DNA of 64,000 bases. It comes from Sphyrna mokarran. Lineage: Eukaryota. Shown one piece after another: positions 13,106 to 26,710 of the stretch (the first letter of the stretch is position 1; each line of letters starts with the position of its first letter). The stretch covers positions 13,888,001 to 13,952,000 of the forward strand of contig JAGIQG010000032.1 of NCBI GenBank assembly GCA_024679065.1. The letters run 5' to 3'. A model generated the notes under the pieces. That model was given only the letters and a program-made list of their open reading frames with translations, made no database searches and was not told the DNA's origin. The translations under genes and the position numbers were made by a program.

Positions 13106-16100
13106 AAAAAGTGACTTTAATGTCACTAGTACAATGTATATAGCCAACAGTAGGTAACAATTAAATATTTGGAAACTTCATCAAGTTAAACCTGAAATCT
13201 GCTCCCTGAAATTAATAATTAAAAGCCAAAACAAAACTAAATACTTGTCTAAATGAAATGCCTCCTTCTTAATGTTCCTTATACAAATAAAAAGGAGGAA
13301 GACTTTAAGATCAACCTGATGTTACATATTAATCCTATAAGGAGGATGCCATGATCTTACATCCCTTTGCGCAATTTACTTTTTATCCCACTTGATTATA
13401 CCTATAACATTACAGAACTGTTTATATTTCTGCAAGAAAACTCTTGTGATGCCTGCTTTGTATTTGCAAAACACTTAAATGTGGGGTGGGTCCAAAGTAT
13501 TTGCAGTGAAATGATTTTCATAGGTTGGGCCATGAAAATTAAAAATACAAACTGTTCTATGGAACAAAGAATTCACTCAATAAAGAAAAGCAGTAACATT
13601 TGACCAAAACAGTTCAAAATGTTTCTGCATTGATTTTATTTTCATATAAGTTCTGGAGAATGGAACATTTCTAGTGTTTATTAGCTTGACGAACAGCAAA
13701 GCTACCTCACTACTGCCTTAAGAATCATTTCATTTCTCATTTTCCAATTGTCTCTCTACTAAATTTTTTTCCTGAATTGTCAATAGAGTATGTGCCATGG
13801 TTATAACTCTTTAAATGATTTTCCGAGATGTTCCTTAAATTCACAAAAGTAGTGGGATTTTCATGCCATCATTTAGAGCTAACTTTGAAGTAAGATTGAA
13901 GTGAAAGGAAAGAAGGTGAACTATCTCCTTCCTTAACACAATATCTGTATGGAAACATGTATATTGTATTAAATGTTACTTAACAATCATCACAAGTTTC
14001 TTTGGAACTAAATAGTGGATAATATTTTCTTAGTTTTTAAAAATAGTACAAATTCATTCATTTATTTTGCCAATCCCAACAGTGTACAAAATCAAATTAA
14101 CATTTTGTTTAAATCCTCCTTTTGTTTTCCTTTTATTTTTTATTACATACAAAGCTGAAGATCGTGATCACTAAAATCAATATTTACTGTCTATATTTCA
14201 TTTCAAATGGTAATAAAATCAATCTGATCACTGCGTTTACCTGAGAATGGTGAATACACATATTAACTTGTACTCCAGAGATACAAACTGCTGTACAGGT
14301 GAAAATAAGCTAAACAGTTTGACAAGTTATTCAGTACAGTATATGAACTCTCCTCTGCCCATTTTGCTTTCATATAAACAGATATAGCTCAGGTAGTTAA
14401 GATGTATTCAACAGTTAAATAGAAATTCCTAGTTCATGAAATTATATGAACTGAAGTGAGGTCTTTGAACACAACTCGTACTTTGAATTTGCAGTCAACA
14501 TTCTAATACCACAACTTAGTATACAAAATCATTCATGCATAAGTACTCCAAGACCCACCAACAAAATAATAGATGTTAACAAGCCAAATAAGAAGCAACA
14601 CATCAACATTGTTAAAATTACTATTCCACAGCATTTTGATGTCACTGAGGTTAACAAAATGTTTCAGCAGCTGGAATATTAGTTCATCGGTCAGTACAGT
14701 CCTTCACACTGTGATTTTGAATTGCAATTTGCATTGGGTTAACACCAAAAATGAATCTTGCATTGTGGCACCTGGGCCATCAATGAGCCTATTTTTCTAT
14801 TGGTTTGTCTTGGAGTGTTATATCACTTACTATAAAGATTTAACAGTTAAGTTTCAAAATCACCTGGCAATTGTGAAATTGCTCAATATATACTGACGCA
14901 TTCAGAAAGAAATAGTGTGTGAATAATTATTTCAAAAATCCATACATTCAGTTAACAAGTCACCAGGCTGGTTATGTTGCATGCACAGGCAGCATAGGCT
15001 TTAGCTATGGTTGGACAGGGAAGCAATGGTTAGTACCATCATGCAGTTAGTGCATGGCTTTAATGCCATGCAATAAACCTACATCAATGAGCCTGGAGTG
15101 CGTTTCCTGGGTAAGACATGACATGAAACAGGGCTTGGTTAGTACAGCAGCGATAGATCGAGGGAAATTGCTGTTACTATTTAAAAAAATATTTTACCAG
15201 CACTATATTAATTGTATAAATATTTCCACATCAGACGCAAGATAAATATTTTGTTGTCCTCTTCGATAGCAAGTGGAACTGGACCGATTTTATTCCAGAA
15301 GGGCGCTTGCCATTTTAAGCAGTCCCATAATTGTTTTCATTATCAACAAGTTATTAGCCCTTACCATATCCAACAGCATCATGTGGTATCATCCATTGAA
15401 TCTATTTCCATTACATACTCACCATAAACAACCTAACATCTTTATTCTCAAAGTCAGGTATTTTCAAACAAACCATATGCATCTGTCTCCAAAATGGCTA
15501 CCTGTATCATGTAATTCCACAATGAACATATAAGTGACAGCCAATAGTTTTCCCCTTCAACAAGTATTTTTCATCTTCCTCCTCTTGCAATTGACTGCAC
15601 TTGATTCCTATGTTTAAATTTGATTCTTAGGATAGGATTGTTAAAGAAAGCAGAAGTCCTTTTGTTGGCCCACAAAATCTAGGATTAACAGCAACAAAAC
15701 TGAATGATATTTATCAAATAGCACATAAATGTGCCATCCTCAACTTGAGAGATACAAGTCTATATAGACTAACAGAATATATAGACCAACAGAAGGTAGC
15801 TAAAGTAACTAGGGGTGAGCATGGGTAATTATTGCAGGTTTTAGTGCGTTATTGATAGCGTTGGCATTAGATGAAGCCATGTCCATGTACTAAACATAAA
15901 ACATCCCATAATAAACACACTAATTTTAAAACCATCCCTGTCATTAGATTAAAAGTTTTATCATTTTGACAATCATGTTTTATTTGTTCAATGCATAGAA
16001 AACACTGGATTCAAAATGGTACATGATTAAACCAGTTCTCAACCAAAAGAATTCTCCATTCTGAAGAGCCGTAATCTAATGCCTCTCTAAAGCATGATAT

Positions 16101-16799
16101 ATCCAATGAAAAGGTATTTCATTAGGGCAAATGAAGTTAATTTCTACTTTCTTGAGCCAATGTGGATATTTCACATTTCAAAAGCTTCAAAGAACATTTA
16201 TGAATCAAATCCTTAGTTTGTATGTATTGGACTTCCATCACAAGAATAACCACCCACATTTGTAAATATATAATTCATAGATTAAAACATAGATTATTCT
16301 GACGTTCATCCAAATCTGATCCTTACAGAAGGCTCAAGAATCCAGGAATTAATTTGCATTGACCATAATGAGGCAAATAATTGGCATATTAGCAAGATTG
16401 TAAAAATACTGAACAAATTACCTAATTTTTCATGCAACAATATTAATTCCAAATAGAAATGTAACCAGTATCGGAATTCTGGTAACAAATCAGCATGTTT
16501 TAGAGCAGGTAACACTTTAGTATAATTTACACTAATATTAATTAATCTCATTTTTCCATCAGTACGATTTAATAGTTTGCCTTTGAAATGAAAAGACAAG
16601 TTTGATCCCCAGATCAGGATAAATCTTACAACTATATTGACTCTGTACTGCAGCCATTCTGTGGGATAAACATCTTCTATTTTCTACTGGAGAAATTCAA
16701 CACATTTTCCAGAAACAATCTGTCCAGGTAAGAGTGAGTTAAGAAATAAACGCTCAATTATCTCAATTCCACTGACCCCAAACATTAAAATAAAGTAAA

Positions 16800-17045
16800 A
16801 AAAAACTGGAGATGCTAGATATCTGCAGCAAGAGAGAGTGCTGAAAATACTCAGCAGGTCAGGCAGCACCGGAGGGAACAGGATCAAGAGATAATAATTT
16901 TGGTTGCTAACCTTTCAACGGTTCAACTGGTTCTGAGGAAAGCTCACTGACCTGTAGTATTAACTCTGTTCCTCTCAAAACTGCCCGAGTTGCTGACCGC
17001 TTCCAGCGAGCAGTACTCTTTTTTTGACCTGTGATTTGCAGTACA
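16800..17045. mobile_element. Penelope-like pLTR inverted repeat (family 2), decayed; single-arm copies at ~8260-8370, 33485-33577, 38510-38610 and 46870-47130
   Basis: Left arm ...gtgctgaaaatactcagcaggtcaggcagc... is complementary to the shared ...ctgctgagtatttccagcattttctg... arm. Hammerhead-like remnant GTT-CTGAGGA-A-AGCTC-ACT-GACCT at 16930-16964. Confidence 0.65.
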
Positions 17046-17699
17046 AAATGATGCAAGAAAATTCCTAAAATAGGTCTGGATCGCAATTTTAAAATTGCGG
17101 ACATACAACAACTCATCAAGTACCAAACTTCTGTTTGGTTTTGCAAAAGAGAATCCCATTATCCAGCAGCAAAAAGATCTCTGAAAAACAGGGAAGATTA
17201 TGCAAAGCAATGAGCCAGACCTTGTTAATTACTACCCATACCAGATCTCTGAAGAGTTTTGTAAATACTGCATCAGTTATAACACAATACACTTTACAGT
17301 CTTTATTAATTGTCAATATGTGGCAGTTGTCCAATAACGAATGCATTATGCAGATTAACATTTCTCATGGAAAGTTTATTTTTGCCACGGCACCTTTCAA
17401 GCATGGAGAAAGTCAGTGATATAATCAATGTCATCTTACTGTGTTTTGTACATAATGGTAATCACATCATTAGGCTAGGCATTTTTATCATTACTCATTC
17501 AAATTTATTTTCCATCACATAAATGACAACCTATTCTAGACTAAAACTTATGATTAGTGCATTCCAATTCATCGTATTTATCCCAAATTTGAACTGTCTA
17601 TTCCTATACAGCACTGATGGATATAGTTCTTCTGCATCATTTATCCATATACAAGTGTGATAGGAACAGTGTTTATGTATTCAATGTTCTGTTGCACAG

Positions 17700-18460
17700 A
17701 GCACAAATACATCTGCAATTAAAATTTTAGATGAATAGGCAAAACTGTGGCAGATGAAGTGAGGAAGTGTAATGCAAGAATCCAAGGGCAAAGCAAGATT
17801 AGAAATCATGAAGAACTGAAAAGTATTGGGTGCCCGGGTATAAATTTACTAAAAAGGTACCCATGAAAACATACTAAAAAAAGCCCTTTTTTTTAAAACA
17901 AGGGCTTTATTGTTGGAATACAAGGGGCAAAAAGTTATTCTTCAGCCATACAGAGCCTCAGACTCCCATCTGGATTCTGTTTTATTCACTGTATCATAGA
18001 AAGTATAATACTGGCCTTGGATGGCAACAGCACATGCTCATCAAAATTATACGAGGATTTAAAGGGTTAAGTTATCTGAGACATTTCACATATTTGTATT
18101 CCCTGAGTGTAAAAGTTTGAGCGGCAGTGTTTAAACAGATGAAGGGATTCAATAAGAGTAGATACAGACAGCCCTTGTCTCAAGAGGGGAGAAACAGAAC
18201 AAGGAGGTCCAATCTCAAAATTACAGTGAGACCATTCTGGAATGAATAGTGGAAGCATTTCTCCACATGATGAGCAGTGAAATGTGGAATTCTCTCCCCT
18301 AAAAGATGCTGAGTCAAGTGAAATTTTCAAGACGGAGATGGGTAAAATTTTTGTTATGCAAGAGTCTCAAGGGACAGAGAGAAATAAATCTGAGGTGCTG
18401 ATTGCTACAATCTAATTGAATGTGGAACAAACTTGAGGACTAAATGACTTACTGTTCCTA
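17700..18460 (+). mobile_element. CR1-like LINE 3' end, old
   Basis: gaataggcaaaactgtggcagatg (W.K.WQM-like), atgtggaattctctccc, and a tail ending in ctaaatgacttactgttcctat. Confidence 0.7.
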
Positions 18461-18519
18461 TCTTTCTAATTAAATACTAAGTTCATGATTCGAGAAATTA
18501 ATAATGATAATGTCTGACT

Positions 18520-19150
18520 GTTCCAATGATCAAAGATTGAATGCACCACGTTGCATAATATGGAGTCTTATAATTGATGAAGATTGAGGTTCAGTTATCA
18601 GCTTCTGCAAGTGATCTCACCTCGATGTACAATGAGTACTTCACAACTGACTTCAATGTTCTTCCATTAGGAAGGGAAAAATTGATAGCTATATATTCAA
18701 CCCTGCTTGGAATATATGCAGAAGTAGATGTCAGATGAGGACATCATTCGATTCAACTGATTGAGAAAATTTTGCTTCATTCATAAACAGTCAAATGCAG
18801 GGTTAACCAACTCTCGCATGGCCACATAGGTTATTATATGAAGTTGCTGCAAGAGATGAAATATGTGCTCCAGCACCCTCAGGGAGGAGGGAGAGATGAA
18901 GGAAAGTTATGAATTTAACCTACTTCCGGCAACACAGGTCCTATTCTTCAAACTGTTGCAGTTATAATGGCTTTTCCTCCTCAACATTCATGAGGCTTCA
19001 TTCCCTTTGCGATGTGGCAGAGGGCTTTGTGTCTAGTTGATTCTCAGGGAACCTACTTTAAGCGATGTCATGTATATCCATTTATTGACAAGCTTGGGGC
19101 AAAAGATATAAATGCAACATATTACCAGGTTAAAAATAACAAATGAATGG
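18520..19150 (+). mobile_element. Decayed Gypsy-type integrase remnant
   Basis: ctctcgcatggccacatagg = (L)SHGHIG, resembling the integrase HHCC region H.GH.G; heavily frameshifted. Confidence 0.3.
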
Positions 19151-21489
19151 ATGGTGGTTTGGGTAACAACAATTTTGCTTTACCGGAAAAGAAGCTATTC
19201 AATCAGGTCTAACATTTAATAATGCATTTTCATATATTAAGGTGGTTGATATTAGCATATTTCTGCTTTAAATCTGTGCAACACTAATGCTTCAATAATT
19301 ATGGGGGGAAATTTTTCTTTGCTTTTCATTTCCACTTCTGAGCCCCCAATTAAATTGCTACACATGTGCATACGTTGGTAGCCAGGTGAATAAATAAATT
19401 TAGGTCACATGTGCACTGTATTTGTATAACAGTCTTAACCCCATATAATTGATTTGGATTTACTCTATCTTCAGTCAATTCTTCACAGTGCAATTCAGTT
19501 TGAATGTTCAAAGCAGTTCAACTTTCCACAGGAAGCTAGGGGATTTTAACGTAACCATGGTAGCAGACAACACTTGCTTCTGGCCTCTGAAGATTGCCAT
19601 GTAAGTGGATAAGAATGCAAACACTGTTGCTGTAGATGTTTTGCAGATTAGCTAAGTTCTTCCACGATCATACCATTTACCAGAAAAACATTGAAGGCAT
19701 GTCAAATTTTTGGATTACAATCAACATTTTTTTTTAAGAGCAAGTAGACCCACAGAATCAGTTTTACATGAGCCTCTCCTGCAAATTTACTTAATGCGTT
19801 GGTGATAAATTTCTCCTCTTTCAGTTTATATTCCTTAATGACAGAAAACTGCAGTGTTGTTTTGCTCTATTTCTGGGTTCTGTTTCACATCTCTAGAGAA
19901 AGAACGATATATTTATACAGCACCTAATGGCCCCAATATTAGTAGGGAAGGCACAGAAGAGCACATGGAAAACCCAGCAAATCAAGGTGGTCATGGAGTC
20001 ATAATTAAGGAAATCTTGGATTTAACATGTATATTTTTCCGCTTCCTGAGTGTTCGCCTGTCAGTTTGGCTAGAAAATCAGGGACCTTTGAGGAGGTTGG
20101 GGGGACAGAGTTGGTGAGATTAGTTTTTGCTATGCTTTGTCCATATAGCACGCAAGAAACAATACTTTTCACTCTGACAATATCAAATCAAATCAAAAGA
20201 GGTGGTCAACCATGATTACACATGCAGAAATAGCCAGAGACTGGAAAAGCGGTGGTGAAAGTCTGCTTTATATCAGTGGGCCGTGGACAGAGACTGCCAT
20301 CAGCAGCATAGTGACCAAAGGTTTCCTTGAGGACCCTAGAGAAAAGAGCACTCCTGCTCCTTGTAGCTCAACAAAAAGTGCTGAATGAATCATTTATCTT
20401 CTTGACCGGACAATTCCTGTCTTGCTCTAACTACCAGCTATTTTAATTTGGATCAGGCTTCCAATGCCATTTTGGAATTTCTGGTGACTTGACAATTGTA
20501 ACTACAATAATTGATGTAAAAGAAGTCCATTTCTCCAGGAACTCAGCCATTGGCCGCAAAGTATTTTAAAAAATTGTGCACTATTTGTTACATCTACAAG
20601 TACAAGCAATTGTTCCTCTTCAAAAGAGGAACCAAGTGTTTAAAAGTAGTAGCCACTTGCCACAGTCCATAAAGTCGACAACATTCATTCATTACCAATA
20701 AAAAAGCATTCTGGGAGGGGAGGAATTCTCTCTCATCTCACAGACTGCCAATAATTCATGGCATTCCTTGTTTGAATAGCCAGGCAGGTAAATGACTGCT
20801 CTCAAGCTTCTGTCAGTACAACTCTGAGCCACCCAGGCAGAGATCATAGCAGCTAAAAATGGCATCCATCAGATTCTCCTTCCCTGCTATGAGAAAATCA
20901 CTGGTTTTTGCTAGCATTTTGCACAGCCATGAGCAATAACACAATCTTCTGATATGTATACCATTCAAGCATCCAGATTCCCCTTCCAAAACTAATGAAA
21001 AACAAAATAAAAATGAGATACAGATATATAAAAGTACACATTTCTTTTTTGTTCTGTCAACATTTGTCCAAGATTCATACTCATTACTTGAAAATTCAAT
21101 ACATTAATGAAATTATTAAATTAGATATGATCAAATTTTCTTTCTAACATTTCTATCCTTCTTTCATATGAATGACTCTTGCTTTAAAAGCACACTAAAT
21201 ATCATCTTTTCTAAAATTCCCAAATGCCAAAAAAAGATAAAACAAATTGGAAGCTGGCTTAAAGTGCTTGTGAATTTGCTGTTTCCTACAAATCTCACCT
21301 TAAACTCATTAAGTTTACTGTCAATTCAAGAACTCAAAGGAGCTTCAAATATTCTTTGAACGCCATTTCACAACCAAATGTGCTGGGAAACTCATGCTTT
21401 TTTCTTTTGATTGAGACAAGTGCTGAAATAAAAATCAAGCAACCAGCACTAGTCTCATAATCTAGATCTGAAATGCCATCTTTTGACTT

Positions 21490-21850
21490 CTATTTCCCAG
21501 TAACGTTACACAGTTCAAAAGTTATTCTAAAGTGCAGTTGCAGTTATTCTGTATTACAACATCATTTTCTTGGTAACTCAATCCTATGAGCAGTAATGAG
21601 ATGAACACACAGTTAATTTCCTTTTTTTAAGTGATGCACTGATCAAAAAATGTAGCCTGCGGCATTGAATATTGCTAAAGGATCTTTAGCTATCATAAAA
21701 AGAACAGAACCTCTGATTAACATATTAGTGATGTACTTGAGTGTCAACTGTGATTCAAATTTTGGACCAGGGCCTGAACCCCACCTTCCGAAGTGGGAGA
21801 GAAGTGGACAACAAGTGAGCCAAGATGATTACAGATCTACTCACTTGGTC
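21490..21850 (-). mobile_element. Ancient DeuSINE-like (SacSINE1/AmnSINE1-type) SINE
   Basis: Minus-strand head cttggctca...ggttcaggccc plus a degenerate central domain; related to 55895-56150. Confidence 0.4.
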
Positions 21851-22937
21851 AATTAGGACTGTCCAAGTAAGGAAATTCTTTGAAGATGAATTCAACCACG
21901 TTTAGGCATGCTTTGAAAATTTATTACAAAGGTATAATTAATAATTACAACACATTAAATTTCTACCACTTAAATTATTTATTTCAGTGATGTTTTACCT
22001 CATCAGTTTCCAATTAGTGGGAAAATAATGTGAGAGATAAACACGTTCTTCAGTATCATATGAAAGGAGTTAAATTCTATGGTTTGGTAGTAGTGGATTC
22101 ATGGTACAGAGCGCAAGAAAAGGTAACAGTAACTCTGAACATTGTTCAAGGGGGAACAAAAGACAGGATAGAAAAGATTGAACTGTGTTCTGGAAGTTGG
22201 AGAAATTCTTTGTATCTTGCATTGACTTTGAAGAAAATGGCAACCACAAACAGAAAGCCCATAGCAATAGCCAAACTGAAATACTAGAGAACACTAAACA
22301 GCCTAGTTTTATCACACTGAGAAAAGAATTCTTGTATCTATCCTCTCTTGTCCTGTGATGAAGATTGTTCATTTTGCTGGAAATATGTTGCATTAATTAG
22401 GAACCATCAAAAACTTTGGATCAAAGTACCTGGAATATTAACATGGTGGAAGATCTGGCTATTGACAGTCTAATTGTGAAATTATAAACAAATGGGGTGA
22501 TTTGGGATCAGACAAATGTTTGTTTTTCAACATTAGAGAATAAACTTGAGTCTTTCACAGAAAGAATTTGAAGAAGTTTGAAATACTAGTTTCTGAGAAG
22601 TTTCCATTTGATGATTATTGGGCCAAGATGAGTGGAATGAATCTATCCCTTGCATAAATAATTAAACTAAACCGGCAGAACTTCTGACTTGGTGACAATA
22701 ATGAAAAGTTGCTGAAGCTTTCAGTTCACATACTAATTCAGTGCACTGAACTCTAATATTATTATTATGATCATGTGCACAAGAACATCAGTCTGGTGGT
22801 ATAAAATGTATAATTTGACAGACTTTAAATAAACTGATCAGCCTTTCCAAATCCAGCAATACTGTCTAGGATTGCAATCTATAAGCAAGATTTTGATAAT
22901 GCTACTAATTTTAAGGGTTCTACATCAGCTTGAAGAA

Positions 22938-23180
22938 AGGTCCTGTGGCACAGTGGTCATGTTCCTAACACTGGACCAAAAGCTCCAAAGTCCCATGTCA
23001 GCCCTTGATGATCACATTCATAACGTGGCCAAACAGGTCAATTGTCAGCCTGTTAATCCTTCCAATACACCTCTTGGCAGCGGTCAGAGCAGAAGAGTTT
23101 CCTGATCAATTACATGCAGTATTTTGCCTAGCGTAATCATGGACCAATCCAGTGGAAGTCCATGGCCACCAATTTAGGGC
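22938..23180 (+). mobile_element. tRNA-derived SINE of a further family
   Basis: A-box gtggcacagtgg followed by a body unrelated to HE1 (tgcagtattttgcc...catggaccaatcc). Confidence 0.5.
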
Positions 23181-23910
23181 ATTGTAACTAAGGAGCAGGA
23201 GTAGGATATCAGCTTGAACTAACATCTTAACAATATGCCTCAGCCATCTTTTTAAACAGTCTAATTTGAACACTTGCCTGTTGAGTGGGACAATTGAACA
23301 GTTAAACAATAGAACTCGCAGCTGCAATAATTTAAATTATTAGTCCTGCGAGATTAATGTACTGAGGAGGGCCTGATACATGCTAACCGGAGAAGTTATC
23401 ATTCCCTTTGGCCTCCGTGCTAGCTTTAAATAAGCAAAATATTTTGAACTTAACGGCTTGAACTCAACATGACTTCTTTATCGAGATACTTGTTAAAAAG
23501 AGCAAAAATTTTAATTAGACTTCTCTTTGTTAATACCTTGATCTACTAACTATGCCCATGGGGTTACCAATATTTCACAATGGGGATACCAATATTTCAT
23601 GAAGAATTCATGTATTCAATCTGCATGAACAGCTTGGTCTGTTTATGTGAATCAATGTAATGGTTCATAGCAGAGGATGTAACACTGCTTGTGTAAGTGC
23701 TACCTGTATCTACAAGGATGTGTTCTTGCCACAATGGAATATAATCCAAAAGCCTATTAAAAAAACATTTTTCTCATCCTACATGACTCTAGCTACAGAG
23801 ATGAGGCAACATCAGGTGACCCTGGTCAGTAGGAAAGAAAGGTGTAAACAAATAATGATACTTCCAGTTTTAAAATAATTACAGCATCAGAATCCAGAAT
23901 CTACAGCATA

Positions 23911-24036
23911 GAGGCGTCACAGTGGCACAGTGGTTAGCACTGCTGCCTCACTGTGCCTGGGGACCCGGCAACAAGGGAATTTTCACAATAACTTTATTGT
24001 AGTGTGAATGTAAGCCTACTTGTGACTAATAAATAA
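23911..24036 (+). mobile_element. Internally deleted tRNA-SINE (head joined to a type-B tail)
   Basis: tggcacagtggttagcactgctgcctca head fused to the ttttcacaataac...gtaagcctacttgtgactaataaataaa tail. Confidence 0.75.
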
Positions 24037-25730
24037 AGAACATAGTACAGTACAGGCTCTTCAGCCCTCAATGTTGTGCTGAGTTATGTCCAAACCCAAG
24101 ATTAAGCTATCCCATTCCCTATCATTCTGGTGTGCTCCATGTGCCTATCCAATAATCACCTGAAAGTTCCTAAAGTGTCCAACGCCGCTATCACAGCAGG
24201 CAGTGCATTCCACATCCCAACCACTCTCTGAGTAAAGAACCTACCTCAGACATCCCTCCTATATCTCCCACCATGAACCTTATATTTATGCTCCCTAGTA
24301 ACAGGTACATCCACCTGAGGAAATAGTCTCTGCATGTCCACTCCATCTATCCCCCTCATCATCTCATAAACCTCTTAAGTCGCATCCTCCTCTCCTCCAA
24401 AGAGAGGAGTCCTAGTTCCCTCAGCCTTTCCTCACAAGACCTATTCCCTCCCTCCCTCCGCCCCCCCCCTCCCAAAATACCGAGCAGAATCCTGGTAAAT
24501 CTCCTCTGCACTTTCTCCAATGCTTCCACATACTTCTTATAGTGAGCTGACCAGAACCGCATACAATCTTCCAAATGTGATCTCACCAAGGTCCCGTACA
24601 GTTGCAGCATAACCCCATGGCTTTTAAACTCAATCCCCTGTTAATAAACACACTATAAGCCTTCTTCATGGCAACACATTCCTTAGAACCCTGCTGTCGC
24701 ATTCAAGTTTGTCCTACCAAAATGAATCACTTATCAGGGTAAACTCCATCTGCCACTTTTTTGCCCAGCTCTGCATCCTATCAATGATTCTTTGCAGCCT
24801 ACAAAAGCCCTCCACCTCATCCACTACTCCACCAATCTTGATGTCATCAGCAAATTTACTAACCCACTCTTCAACCACCTCTTCCAAGTCATTGATAAAA
24901 ATCACAAATAGCAGAGGACCCAGCACTGACCCCTGCAGCACCCCACTGATAACTATCCTCCAGTCTGAAAATTTTCCCTCCACCACCACCCTCTGTCTTC
25001 TATGAGACAGCCAGTTATTTATCCAATTGGCCAAATTTCCTTCTATCCCACACCTCTGCTTACTTTCCTCATGAGCCTACCATGGGGAACCTTATCAAAT
25101 GCCTTACTAAAATCCATGTATGTGACATCAACTGCTCTATCTTCATCTACACACTTAGTTACCTCCTCAAAGAATTCAATCAAATTTGTGAGGCAAACCT
25201 TACCCCTCATGAACCCGTGCTGACTATCCCAGATTAAGCTGCATCTTTCCAAATGGTCATTTATCCTATCTCTTAGGACCCTTTCCATTAACTTACCACC
25301 AAAGTACGATTAACTGGCCTATAATTACCAAAGTCATTCCTATTTCCTTTCTTGAAGTGAGGATTAGTATTCACCACTCTCCAGTCCTCTGGCACAATCC
25401 TCCTGACAGTGAGGACTCAAAGATCAAAGCTAAAGGCTCCGCAATCTCATTCCCTGCCTCTCAAAGTATCCTAGGATGTATCCCATCTGTCCCAGGGGAC
25501 TTATCAACCCTCAGGTTTTTCAAAATTACTAATATATCTTCTCTCAGAACATCTACCTCCTCCATCCTATCAGCCTGTACTACACTCATCCTCAAAACAT
25601 GGCCCCTCTCCTTAGTGAGCACTGAAGAAAAGTATTTCATTCAACTATCTCTTCTGACTCCATGCACAAGTTCCTACTACTACCCTTGACTGGCCCTAAC
25701 TTCACCCTGGTCATTCTTTCATTTCTCTTG
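24037..25730 (-). mobile_element. CR1-clade LINE (HER1-like) 3' 1.7 kb, RT domain, frameshifted
   Basis: ORFs 25043-25288 (SQHGF...CLTNLIEFFEEVT...YMDFSKAFDKVPH), 24714-25034 (GVLQGSVLGPLLFVIFINDL...KFADD) and 24359-24610. Confidence 0.95.
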
Positions 25731-25794
25731 TAAGAAATAAATAAGAAATAAATTTTAACTTAATATAGAAACATATTACAGAAACATTACTCCA

Positions 25795-25952
25795 AAGCTG
25801 TGCAGATTAGGTTGGTTGGCCATGCTAATTTAACCCTACCGTATGGGGGATTAGCAGAGTTAAAAATGAAGAGTTATGGGAAAATGGGAATTGTGATCTG
25901 TATATACTCAATGGATTGAGTGGTCTCCTTCCATTCTGCAGGGATTCTATGA
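25795..25952 (+). mobile_element. HE1-like SINE 3' fragment
   Basis: gtgcagattagg...ggccatgctaa ... gggattctatg. Confidence 0.65.
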
Positions 25953-26710
25953 AATTCGAATAATCTGGCTGTTATGTATCCTGAAAGAAAGTGACGAGCT
26001 TTAGTATGTTGGCTGTTTATTCATGAAAATATACATTCAACTTTTATATCCAAGCACAAACAAATTTGCTATGAGAAGTCTACGGTTCAAACTGTATGGT
26101 GTCCTCTAACTGAAGAAGCAGGACACATGCAAGGGACCTAAAATAGAACGTTGCAAAATGATTAACTCCCTGGAGATGTGTTCAAACAGACTGTGCTTCT
26201 TTTGAAAATACTTGTACACGATTTGTTTACCAATTTTCCCTATTTTGATACTGCAAAATAAGTAAGGCTTACATCAGATAAAAACTGGGTTGTTATAATT
26301 GTTTGCACTGCATCCACTGACTAAACAATCTCTACTTCCTGCAGGTTAATGGACTGGTTCATCTAACCTCAATGAAACACCTTTGCAGCAATAGACTGCT
26401 TCCAAGGCCAAAGCTACTGTGAACTGTCACACCAAGTTGGTCAGATGGTCTCAAGGTGCTACTATCCTCATTAATAGTAATCTGGATAAAAACTCAAAGA
26501 TGGAAAAACTAACAAGTTTAACAGTATTTTTGGCTACTTTTGATTTTCTACTGGAATTATAGAAGGTACTAAAACATTTCTGAACTTAATGAGCGAGGGA
26601 GGTGAATTATCATCGGAAAAGGCCAAGTAACTCATAATTTAATCAAATAACTCTTCAGTTTTCTCACACCATTGGACTCAGTAACTTCACCAGTGTTTCC
26701 ACTGGGATTT

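Noticed and set aside
14241-14290. Possible cryptic minus-strand cassette exon (tacag|CAG...CTCAG|gtaaac)
   Set aside because: Weak donor, length not a multiple of three, and an in-frame stop; expected by chance in a long intron
23558-23601. Short tandem duplications (22-bp x2 here; 17-bp x2 at ~15761-15794) as CRISPR-like or functional arrays
   Set aside because: Two units with no spacers in a eukaryotic context; ordinary slippage
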